Below are positions 41,701 to 49,466 of a stretch of DNA of 64,000 nt, piece after piece; position 1 is the first letter of the stretch, and the number at the start of each line of letters is the position of its first letter. Source of the DNA: Tubulanus polymorphus (lineage: Eukaryota; Animalia; Nemertea). Location: NCBI RefSeq assembly GCF_964204645.1, contig NC_134030.1, positions 9,389,222 to 9,453,221 of the forward strand, read 5' to 3'. The translations under genes were made by a program, and so were the position numbers. The notes beneath the pieces were generated by a model. The model was not told the origin of the DNA. It was given only the letters and a program-made list of their open reading frames with translations, and ran no database searches.

Positions 41701-44700
41701 ACCATCTCAAATTTCAGCGCTTTCTCAGGCGGCTTCGGATGCCGGTTGGAGAACTAGCGCACAACTTCAACAATCGTGTCAAGCCTCGTCCGGTCGTAAC
41801 AGTTCCGGTTCGTATCGAGGCAAGAGGAAGGCTCCAAAAAAGGGGCTCTTCCTTTCGGAAAAACTCGAAATGAATTCTTGGGACCAGTGGGAGGTTGTCT
41901 GCAGCAGGCAGCAACCCACTGGTCCGACCTCTTTGGAGACGGTTGGCCCTCCCGGGTCGTCTCTCGGGGCTACCGTCTCCGTTTCCTAAGGCGACCGCGC
42001 CTGATGAGGTCAGCTCCCGACATGCGGCCAAAACCAGGTCAGGAGGCCTTAATCTCTCCGGCTCTCAAGGAACTGGCAGAAAAGGGAGCGATAGAACCAG
42101 TTTGCAACGAAACTTCTCCCGGCTGGTTTTCTCGAATATTCATGGTACCAAAGGCCACAGGGGGTCAACGGACAGTGATAGATCTGTCATCCCTCAATCG
42201 GCACCTAGACATTCCAAGGTTCAGGATGACCAAGCCCAAGGACGTGATTCAAGGGCTCCGTCCGGGTCAATGGGCGGCTTCATTGGACCTGAAAGATGCT
42301 TACTTTCAGGTTCCAATTCACCCAAAATCTCGGCGATTTCTCAGGATAAAGTGGAAAGGCCGCCAGTTCCAATTCAGGTCTCTTCCATTTGGCCTCAGTA
42401 CGGCCCCGTGGGTTTTCACCAAGTTGGTCAAGTCAGTTCAGAAGGTACTTCAGTCAAGGGGTGTTCGACTGTTCGTTTACCTCGACGACTGGTTAATAGT
42501 CGCGAATTCGGCTCAGGAATGTCGGGAGGCAATGACCTCAGTCTTGGACTTAGTCCATCAGCTAGGGTTCCGCGTAAACAGGGAAAAATCTCAGTTGACG
42601 CCGGCCCAACAGTTCACTTATCTCGGCATGGACTTCGATCTCTGAATCGGCAAAGTCTTTCCGTCTATGGTTCGAGTGGCCAAACTTCAAGAAGCTGTAG
42701 CGGGAGTGTCCACAACCCCGAGAACAGCTCGTTACTGGTCACGGCTTCTAGGCTCCATCAGCTCCATGGGTCTGGTGGTGCCCTTAGGCCGCCTCAGAAG
42801 CAGGCGCTTGCAACAATATTGGAAGGTCTTCTGGTCTCAGTCGAAGGGCAACTGGGAGGCCTTGATTCCCGTACCTCCAACCGATCTAAGTCCGGATCTT
42901 CAGTGGTGGGCGGCCACTACGAATCTTCGGCTCGGGGTGTCACTAGCCCCGTTAGAGGCTCCAGTTCGTGTATTCACGGATGCCAGTCACCAAGGTTGGG
43001 GGGCACATCTGGAGAACCGAGTCAAAGCCGGGAAATGGTCTCGCTACGAGGCCACCAACCACATAAATTTCCTAGAAATGCTGACCGTGTGGAAGGCCCT
43101 GAAGTTCTTTCACAGGAGAGTGGAGGGCCACCACGTTTGGTTAGCCACAGACAATTCAACAGTGAGGGCTTACCTTCAGAACCAAGGAGGCACTCACTCA
43201 GAAACCCTCACAGGTCTGTCGGCCAAAATTCTTCTTTGGTGCCAGACAAAGGGCGTGTCCCTGACTGTGGCACATTTAGCAGGGAAAAGGAACGTGATGG
43301 CCGATGCTCTGTCTCGTCGAGGTCAGGCTATTGCGACAGAATGGGTTCTCCACCAAGAAGTAGCCGATCGGGTTCGGGGCATTTTTGGCAATCCGCTGCT
43401 GGATCTGTTTGCCACCCGGTTCAATCGGAGGTGTCCTCTGTTTGTGTCCCCGTTTCCAGACGCGGAAGCGTGGGGGGTCGATGCCTTCTCTCTGGACTGG
43501 TCGGGGATGCATGCGTATGCGTTCCCGCCCACACCAGTCCTGCCGCGCTTACTGGATCAAATAGAGAGATCAGTCAATTGCAACATAGTTCTGGTAGCAC
43601 CATGTTGGCCGGCTCAGAAATGGTTCCTACCACTTCTCAACCTACTGTGCGACAACCCCAGGATTCTTCCAAATTTCCCATCGCTTCTGTCTCAGGGGAT
43701 CTTTCGGCATCATCCAAACAGCCAGTGGTTAAATCTGCTCGCCTGGCCATTGTCCAGCGATCCTTGTCAGCTTCAGGCTTTTCAGAACAGGCTGCCTCCT
43801 TTATCGCAGGATCTAAGCGGCCATCAACAAGTACCATTTACGATGCCAAATGGAGTCATTTTGCGGATTGGTGTGCTGCAGGGGAAATTGATCCATGCTC
43901 ACCCTCTGTAGCTCAATTGGCAGATTTTTTACTGCACCTATTTGTAGCAAAAGGTTTACAGGTCATAACTATTAAAGGTTACCGCTCCGCGATTTCTCAT
44001 ACATTGCGTGCTTCTGGATGGCCAAATGTAGCAGGGGATCATCGGATATCCCAGCTGGTTGCTGGGTTTTCTATTTCCCGGCCTCGGGTAACAAGGACAG
44101 TTCCACCATGGGATCTGTCTGTAATTTTGAAGAAGTTAATGGAGGCTCCATTTGAACCTCTTTCGGCAGCGTCTTTTGCAAATTTGTCAAAAAAGACTGT
44201 ATTTTTGCTGTTCTTGGCTTGCTCGGCCCGTCGCTCTGAGATTCATGCACTTTCAGTCCGACAAGGTCACATTGTCTTTGGGCCAGCGAATGAATTTGTT
44301 TCGCTGCGGCCTGCTTTGGAATTTTTGGCAAAGAACCAACGACCAGGCTCGGTTGGGCGTCAATGGCGAATTGAAGCCCTAAAACATCAAGTGGAACCGG
44401 GCATCCCGGACAGGACTTTATGTCCTGTGCGGGCGTTGTGTTTCTATTTAGATCGCTCTGCTTCACGGAGGGGTTCACGGGAGCGGTTATTTATTCCGCT
44501 GCTGGATCACCTAAAGGGTGATATTTCGCGGGACACAGTAGCCCGATGGGTCTCTTCAATGATCAAGGACATTTTATTGAAGGAGAATCTTTCCTCGGAG
44601 GGAGTCGTTTCTCATCAAGTGAGGTCTATGGCTACTTCCTGCGCAGACTTTTCGGGTGCTCCGTTGGAGGAAGTCTGTCGGGCCGCCTTTTGGAATTCAC

Positions 44701-47700
44701 CGTCGACATTCATGTCATTTTATTTACGGGATGTTTCAGGCCAGTTAGGCTCATTAGCTTCACTTGGTCCTGTTGTCATGGCTCAAGGTGTCCGTTCTTT
44801 CCGATCGGACCCTTTAGTGTAGAATATTTATGTAGCATTATCAGGATCACAGGGGGTGTATCCTTGTACATAGTTTGGGCTCATATCTGCAAGTATTAAT
44901 TTCGCAAAATTCTGGGGGGGGCCCCTGAGCTGGACGGACTCACTGTGGCCAACCGGTCTTCCCTGTGCTACAGTGCTCCATTCCGTGCTTGAGTAAGTGC
45001 TCTCTTTTTCCCTCTTACCTTGCGTTTGAGCGGTGGTTTTTCTATCTACCTTTCCCACCATCCTTGTGCTAGGCTAGTCTAGCAAAAACCATAGGAAAGG
45101 GTACAGTACTCGACGGAAATATTATAATTTTTGGAACTAAAATTTGTATTTCCGAGTAGTACTTACCCTTTCCTATGGTGGGAATCCCGCCCACCTGCCC
45201 CGCATAGCTGTTTTTTTTTGTCTGCTATGACGAAAAAAGATGGCGGATTTCGCCGGTGGCTAAATGCAATACCGCAGGGCCGGGTCGTATAGAAAAACCA
45301 TTGGCGATAAATCCAAATTTAGAAAATATTGGCAAAAACCATAGGAAAGGGTAAGTACTACTCGGAAATACAAATTTTAGTTCCAAAAATTGTAATTTTT
45401 GGAACATTAACAATGAGGCCCACTTTTTCAGCAGCCATTGTGGAGTTGTCAATTTGCTGCTGCGCTCTTGGTATGAGTGACTCCAATAGGGCAATGTCAT
45501 CCGCAAAGTCGAGATCATTTAGGTGTTGAGCAGGGTGTCGTCTTGATCGGCGTTTGTGCGTTTCCGCTCCCTGGTTGGTGTCTTTGGTGGCTAGTTTCAT
45601 AATGTAGTCTACCACGATGATGAACAGAAACGGAGCTAGTACGTCCCCCTGAAGGAGACCAGTTGTGACTTCAATGGTTCAGATATGCTGCCATTTACCA
45701 TCACTGCACTGCTGGAGCCATGATATAGTACGCTGATGGCATTGACCACTTGTTCTGGTATGCCATAATGACGTAGTATGGCAAACATCATTTGCCGATC
45801 GATGGAGTCAAAGGCTTTCTTGAAATCTATGAATGTGACATTTAGTGGAAGTTGATAGTCCTGGAAACCTTCTATGATTCTCCGCAGAATATGAATCTGT
45901 TGTATGCAGCTTCGCCCTTTTCTGAAACCTGCTTGGTTCTTCCTCAGGAGCGGGTCAACATGGTCACGTATGCGGTTCAGGAGAATCTTGTTATATACTA
46001 TCCTATACTATATATACTACGATAGGCAGTAGTTTCAATTTATAGACAGAACATTCAATTGATAGATTGTTCAACTGATAGCAATATTCAAATCTTTTTC
46101 ATGCATTTCCTGCAGATGTACGTTGTTAGTGTTATGGAAAACAAAACCAAACGGGTTGACGCGCAGGTGACGAATGAGACCATGTCGTCGCGCCTGTCTT
46201 ACTGGTTTACCGATGGTATACTTCGAGGTGCGACCTACTTGATAAATGTGCGAACTCGAACGAAAAACTCGAGGCCAACAGAGTCCGTCATTGCCCGAAT
46301 ACGTAAGCTAGTTTTTGTCGTCTCTTGTGAATATTCATGATTTTGAAATTCATGGATCTACCTATTCAGATTAAATGATTTTCAAATGTCTGGGTGGCTA
46401 CTGACCTGGAAAACCTAGAAAACTCAGGAGATCAGAAAAATCTACAATATATCGGGGAATTCTCTGATTCACTCAGGAAATTTTATCTAAAACACATGGA
46501 AAAATCAGGGAAAACTCGGGGGACTTGTAAATGGGCAGAAAGTGGCCACCCTGAGTGCTACTTAAGTATCTGAACTTTTTCTGTCAATGTATGTGTAGAG
46601 TCAAACATGCTTATGTTATCATTGGATACTAAAGTTGTCTTTTGATTGTTGATTTATTGATTATATATTCTTTATATATTTTATAATTCCTATTCGATTC
46701 TCTATTGCATCCTCACATCACATGGTTAAGCCGTCAACATTGTGATCGCCAACTATAACAATTTATACAGGTACTGTAATATGGTCATTGATATTGAATA
46801 TGTTGAATTTTCCTAGCACCATACCCGGCTCCGGTCCACATCAAGGCGTTCAAGGCGTACGGGAAGGTGTTGGTCTTTTGGGATAAACCACGCGAGATGC
46901 CCAAGAATGCCGAGGTAAATTCACTTTAGTAATTCGAGATTTAGCCATTATTTTTCAAATGAAAAAAACCTACCGGTTGTGTCTGGCCGGCTTCTTTCGA
47001 AACAAGTCGCTGGGCCTGATAAAATTAAGATCAGGTCAGAAGAGGGATTTCACTTAGATCAGCGACCTGTTCGAAGCCTCAACTGCTTGAGATAAGCGTG
47101 AAATCTATGCCTTCTTTACAAAGCTAAAAAACCCATAGTCTTCCAAATAATTTGGATGGAATATTGATGGGGTATTAAGTACAACAATAGTTATGTAATA
47201 ACTGGTAACGCATGCAGTGAAGCAATGAAACATAGTATAATTTAATTTTCGTTTCGTCCCGTTTTTAGTTCGAAGTTTGGTATCGCAGTGATAAGACTCA
47301 ATTCGTATTGAAAGCTGTCACGAATGAAACGTCGCATCCATTCCTTAACCTAAAGGAAGGCCTCCATTACTTCAAAGTTCGTCTGGCAGCGGCCAACGGT
47401 AGTTATCCGGGCGAGTTCAGCCATGTGGCGCCCAGTCTCGTCAGCAGAGTGGAGAAACCTCGTAAGTATAGAAGTAAAAAGCTCGATATGTGGGAATTTA
47501 TCTCGGTATTTTGTGAAAATTTGATGAAATAATCATAATATTCATGTATTTCTCAGCCTAAATAGTATTTTCTGTCGAGGGGATCTGGCGTTTTATAAGT
47601 ACCTTTTGTTAAGAATACGGTATCTCATTAGAATTGATGTTCCTTTCAGAATCTGGCATTTTTGGCGTTTTCCGTTCAGAACCTGGTGTTTCATTATAAT

Positions 47701-49466
47701 TTTCCGTTTAGAATTAGTATATGCTCTTTAATGAAATTTGTATTCGAATGCTATATTCTCCTTAGAATTAGCGAATTAGCATTATTTCATCAACTGTTAA
47801 TAAGTTTTAATAAATCCCACACTATATACGAAATTTATAAGATTATAAGCAAATTTTATTATACACAGAATTAAAACCAAAAGACATGACGTTTAAAACT
47901 CTCTCTAGAGACCTGACGATGGTCTTCAGATAGAGTCTGAAACGTCCGGTCTTTTAGTTTTAATTTTTTTAATAATAAAATTTGCAGTTTATCTTACAAA
48001 TCTTGTAAATAGTTTGGGTATCAAAATTGATATCTGTTCTCCACATCAGAGTGTGGCTATTCCAGCATCAACTATTGATATTTTAGGATCTGGTCCGAAC
48101 GCTGGAACTGAGACCTTGAGCCATACGAACTGGGTAGCGATTGTTGTTTCCGTCGTCGTGGTATGCGTTGCCCTCGGCGTTGTGCTCGTGTTGTACGTAA
48201 TAAGACATCGACGTCTGCAGCGCAGTTTCCTGTCCTTCGCTAACAGCCATTACGACACGCGATCCGGCACGACTCGTTTCACTACCAGCGACGGAGATAC
48301 CGAACTCGGTAAGCTTCCCCGAACACGGTCGTTTCACGATACTTCTACAGGGATGAGAATTCCCCGCGGATCCGCGGTTTCCCGCGGATTTCAGTATTGA
48401 AAAATATCAATTTTCCAAATAGTCCAAAAATGATGTAAAAGTATGGGGGGGGGGTGATGATCTCACTCAATTGGTCCGGCGCGATCGGTAATCAGATGAA
48501 CCGTAAAAGCGTTCAGTGCCTGTTTTACTTATCGTCACGTAAAAGTATCGCATTTCAATGCATATTCATTGCAACACAGTGATTTTGTATGTACATTTGT
48601 ACTACGATGAGTGTGTAGCCTATGTATTTTATCGATCGGTTGCAGACACGCACGCACAGCAACAGTAGTAACGTATATAGGTCTACTTACTGTTGCTGCG
48701 TGTGTGTGGCGAACGCTTTCGGATATTATACACTACTTGGTGATGATTTTTAGTGAGCATTCATCGGCGCATTTTTACTGCAATAATTCAGGGCTCGACC
48801 CGTAATGCATGAGATGCTGAATGTCATCAAATGAGGATGTACCACATTGGAACTAGCCATTACCTTCCAAAATATAATAGTCGTTCATGGGTTCAAGATC
48901 GCTCTAAGTGCTCGGAAAACGTATTTAATTTCTAAAATTTTCTTGGGGGAGGGCCCCCAAACCCCCCGGAAATAGCTTCGCGCCTTAGGCGCTCGCTAGT
49001 GCTGACGGCCACGCCGTCAGCTGGTTCGCGTATGTCACTCAAGAAAAATAACCCGCGGATTTTACAGGTCGGCGTTCTCATCAATGCTTCTATCCGTGGC
49101 TGTTGATTCCATGGCGCGTCCCCGGGATATTTCCTGGCAGGGTCGAATTTCTCTTTCCAAAGGGCCAAATCCACTAGATTCAGCACACTGGGGTGGTTTT
49201 TTTTCTTTTGCGTATTAATTAGTCAGCACTGATTAGGATCAAGGTTAGAATCCTCGCATATGAGGGCGCTGCTACTGAAGCTGTTGAGGATTCCACTTCT
49301 GGTATGGTTGAGGATTAGTAGCAAGAGTCAGCATTGAAGAAACACTGGTAAATCATTATAGACTTACGAACGAAAATTATATATTTTTTCATTTCTTCCA
49401 GATGGCGATGAGGACTCTCCGATGATTGGCGGATTTGCTGATGACGAACCACTCGTTATTGCGTAG
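5788..49466 (+). CDS. SORL1: Sortilin-related receptor (SorLA/LR11)
   Basis: Exons read with consistent phases: 5788-6234, 8272-8514, 9147-9308, 9808-9875, 10366-10552, [11287-11376 or 13321-13419], 15572-15747, 16605-16800, 17212-17391, 17507-17589, 18172-18347, 19285-19477, 19981-20100, 20787-21042, 21318-21547, 22520-22923, 23747-23882, 24000-24175, 25657-25773, 26359-26493, 28192-28476, 28732-28866, 29195-29329, 31472-31603, 31928-32215, 33159-33276, 33774-33958, 34236-34357, 35632-35760, 36321-36576, 36983-37185, 37452-37656, 37994-38094, 46116-46302, 46817-46914, 47269-47461, 48087-48308, 49402-49466. Product has a signal peptide, furin site [36 protein letters not shown] repeats, EGF, 10 LDLa repeats, FN3 repeats, a TM helix, FANSHY and C-terminal [19 protein letters not shown]. 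Confidence 0.97.
7473..7540 (+). repeat. tRNA-derived SINE-like head (similar heads at ~13553-13620 on + and ~54033-54098 on -)
   Basis: A-box TGGTCTAGTGG and B-box GGTTCGAGTC at tRNA-like spacing, but acceptor and anticodon stems do not pair. Confidence 0.55.
8073..8280 (+). repeat. 104-bp tandem duplication spanning the SORL1 exon 2 splice acceptor
   Basis: TTTACAG|TTCGCGTTG occurs with exon starts at 8168 and 8272, each preceded by near-identical intron sequence. Confidence 0.93.
8659..9025 (+). mobile_element. Composite MITE family with CAGGG termini; copies at ~8659-9025, 9396-9570, 13451-13545, 15125-15486, 17619-17992, 21091-21287, 22033-22450, 35820-36234
   Basis: Shared 5' GACTCCTTGATTCCTTAAAAACTCC and 3' TATCCAGGAATGACTGATCTGTAGGGACCCTG blocks; longer copies enclose an inner TACAGTA...TACTGTA inverted-repeat module. 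Confidence 0.85.
11287..11376 (+). CDS. SORL1: SORL1 VPS10-domain exon variant 6a (candidate mutually exclusive exon)
   Basis: TTTTACAG acceptor, ATG|GTTGGT donor, 90 nt, phase 0/0; encodes [30 protein letters not shown], alignable with variant 6b. Confidence 0.72.
12088..12311 (+). pseudogene. Probable third, MITE-disrupted copy of SORL1 exon 6
   Basis: Removing the MITE at 12162-12286 and one TSD copy gives in-frame [32 protein letters not shown] (96 nt) after TTCAAG. There is no phase-0 GT donor. Confidence 0.45.
13321..13419 (+). CDS. SORL1: SORL1 VPS10-domain exon variant 6b (candidate mutually exclusive exon)
   Basis: AATCAG acceptor with an upstream pyrimidine tract, GAG|GTAAGT donor, 99 nt, phase 0/0; encodes [33 protein letters not shown], matching the LWVS segment that precedes the ADASEDQ motif in SorLA. 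Confidence 0.85.
18997..19246. mobile_element. piggyBac-type MITE, second family
   Basis: TTAA|CCTCTTC ... GAAGAGG|TTAA with an extended imperfect TIR. Confidence 0.75.
19522..19687. mobile_element. hAT-like MITE with a 5-bp TSD
   Basis: TIR CAG(G/T)GTTTTCAATAAGA; AGATA on both flanks. Confidence 0.8.
20224..20457. mobile_element. Harbinger-like MITE
   Basis: TIR GGCCA(A/C)CTTCGGTT, CTG on both flanks, internally palindromic. Confidence 0.78.
24206..24794. mobile_element. Tc1/mariner-type MITE
   Basis: TIR CCGTAAAAACYGGCGTATAAGTC at both ends, TA on both flanks, internal CTTATACGCCG repeats. Confidence 0.88.
26979..27833 (+). mobile_element. Non-autonomous Helitron/Helentron-type element with internal 146-bp tandem repeats
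   Basis: TTTTTAGCTCCGCTG start with a local hairpin and a matching CAGCGGAGCTA near the far end; GTC/GTCC microsatellite; AAACTT anchors at 27129, 27275, 27421 and 27567 (146-bp period). Confidence 0.78.
28564..28699. mobile_element. Short palindromic MITE family with CWG flanks (related copies ~12162-12286, 23582-23676, 31206-31316, 49921-50006, 54486-54574)
   Basis: Termini G(G/A)NCCAGTT / AACTGG(G/A)NC flanked by CAG or CTG; most copies share an internal AGTTCATTT-like motif. Confidence 0.75.
29782..31046 (+). mobile_element. Non-autonomous Helitron/Helentron-type element with internal 154-bp tandem repeats
   Basis: Subterminal inverted repeat GCCCACTTGGGA / TCCCAAGTGGGC, (GTCC)n microsatellite, ~4 units of 154 bp at ~30385-30990, 3' end CTAGT. 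Confidence 0.8.
32388..32675. mobile_element. piggyBac-type MITE (fragments also at ~15910-16058, 16470-16506, 50333-50485)
   Basis: TTAA|CCCTTTCAGTG ... CACTGAAAGGG|TTAA. Confidence 0.85.
33386..33644. mobile_element. hAT-like MITE with a 5-bp TSD (related copy ~46390-46553)
   Basis: TIR CAGGGTGGCC; TGTCT on both flanks; internal TCAGG(G/A)AA repeats. Confidence 0.8.
34549..35368 (-). mobile_element. Internally deleted DNA transposon (GGCC termini, 3-bp TSD; Zator- or Harbinger-like) retaining a truncated ORF
   Basis: TIR GGCCACAAGTAATTG.....TGTTTCTTATC inverted at the right end; TTG on both flanks; minus-strand ORF 35041-34598 ([10 protein letters not shown]...). Confidence 0.78.
38135..38677. 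repeat. ~20-bp minisatellite with a TTCAATTGATA core; resumes at 46021-46080 after the LINE
   Basis: More than 20 tandem units with a constant TTCAATTGAT half and a variable half drawn from a few recurring variants. Confidence 0.95.
39666..41989 (+). pseudogene. DIRS gag-like ORF1, frameshifted
   Basis: Starts MPPPPKGQH, then in another frame a Cys/His cluster [19 protein letters not shown], then an RS-rich segment, then the 40901-41989 segment. At least three frame changes (~39700, ~40170, ~40838). Confidence 0.7.
41878..43911 (+). pseudogene. DIRS pol: reverse transcriptase, RNase H and DNA N6-adenine methyltransferase-like domain, interrupted by an in-frame TGA
   Basis: RT motifs [26 protein letters not shown] and YLDDWL; RNase H motifs VFTDAS..GWG, HINFLE, TDNST and NVMADALSR; MTase-like LDLFAT and YAFPP. 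ORFs 41878-42645 and 42667-43911 share a frame and are separated by one TGA at 42643-42645. Confidence 0.93.
41895..44822 (+). CDS. DIRS tyrosine recombinase ORF with a long N-terminal extension overlapping pol
   Basis: 975 stop-free codons. The C-terminal part has the catalytic set R (ARRSEIHAL), K (FLAKNQ), HxxR (SHQVRS), W (FWNS) and Y (FMSFYLRD), plus LCPVRAL. The true start is uncertain. Confidence 0.92.
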   Translation: MSAAGSNPLVRPLWRRLALPGRLSGLPSPFPKATAPDEVSSRHAAKTRSGGLNLSGSQGTGRKGSDRTSLQRNFSRLVFSNIHGTKGHRGSTDSDRSVIPQSAPRHSKVQDDQAQGRDSRAPSGSMGGFIGPERCLLSGSNSPKISAISQDKVERPPVPIQVSSIWPQYGPVGFHQVGQVSSEGTSVKGCSTVRLPRRLVNSREFGSGMSGGNDLSLGLSPSARVPRKQGKISVDAGPTVHLSRHGLRSLNRQSLSVYGSSGQTSRSCSGSVHNPENSSLLVTASRLHQLHGSGGALRPPQKQALATILEGLLVSVEGQLGGLDSRTSNRSKSGSSVVGGHYESSARGVTSPVRGSSSCIHGCQSPRLGGTSGEPSQSREMVSLRGHQPHKFPRNADRVEGPEVLSQESGGPPRLVSHRQFNSEGLPSEPRRHSLRNPHRSVGQNSSLVPDKGRVPDCGTFSREKERDGRCSVSSRSGYCDRMGSPPRSSRSGSGHFWQSAAGSVCHPVQSEVSSVCVPVSRRGSVGGRCLLSGLVGDACVCVPAHTSPAALTGSNREISQLQHSSGSTMLAGSEMVPTTSQPTVRQPQDSSKFPIASVSGDLSASSKQPVVKSARLAIVQRSLSASGFSEQAASFIAGSKRPSTSTIYDAKWSHFADWCAAGEIDPCSPSVAQLADFLLHLFVAKGLQVITIKGYRSAISHTLRASGWPNVAGDHRISQLVAGFSISRPRVTRTVPPWDLSVILKKLMEAPFEPLSAASFANLSKKTVFLLFLACSARRSEIHALSVRQGHIVFGPANEFVSLRPALEFLAKNQRPGSVGRQWRIEALKHQVEPGIPDRTLCPVRALCFYLDRSASRRGSRERLFIPLLDHLKGDISRDTVARWVSSMIKDILLKENLSSEGVVSHQVRSMATSCADFSGAPLEEVCRAAFWNSPSTFMSFYLRDVSGQLGSLASLGPVVMAQGVRSFRSDPLV
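45082..45179 (+). repeat. DIRS internal complementary region (ICR)
   Basis: 45082-45120 is the exact reverse complement of 39324-39362; 45121-45179 is the reverse complement of 45338-45396 with one mismatch. Confidence 0.96.
48348..49086. mobile_element. hAT-like non-autonomous element with a 6-bp TSD
   Basis: TIR CAGGGATGAGAA / TTCTCATCAATG; CTTCTA on both flanks; subterminal CCGCGG repeats. Confidence 0.78.

Larger units (their letters stand above)
39324..45396 (+). mobile_element. Full-length DIRS1-like tyrosine-recombinase retrotransposon
   Basis: Left ITR 39324-39462 and right ITR 45232-45369, then a 27-nt right extension 45370-45396. The ICR at 45082-45179 is complementary to both termini. 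Encodes gag-like, RT/RNaseH/methyltransferase-like and YR ORFs. No TSD; removing it restores the LINE reading frame (VNVPK|TEFM). Confidence 0.97.
38678..46020 (-). mobile_element. 5'-truncated RTE-like LINE (two halves, 45998-45397 and 39323-38678, split by the DIRS element)
   Basis: RT motifs [48 protein letters not shown] and LYGSESW; (TGA)n 3' tail; 10-bp TSD GATAGGCAGT at 38668-38677 and 46021-46030; internal frameshifts and a stop codon. Confidence 0.92.

Noticed and set aside
42643-42645. Programmed readthrough or selenocysteine at the pol TGA
   Set aside because: It lies within the RT region, lacks a recognisable readthrough context, and is simply explained by CGA>TGA in a copy with other lesions.
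41878-44822. RT plus phage-like integrase plus Dam-like methylase as a bacterial contaminant or new system
   Set aside because: This domain set with ITRs and an ICR is the known DIRS1-like architecture, and it is cleanly nested in host sequence.
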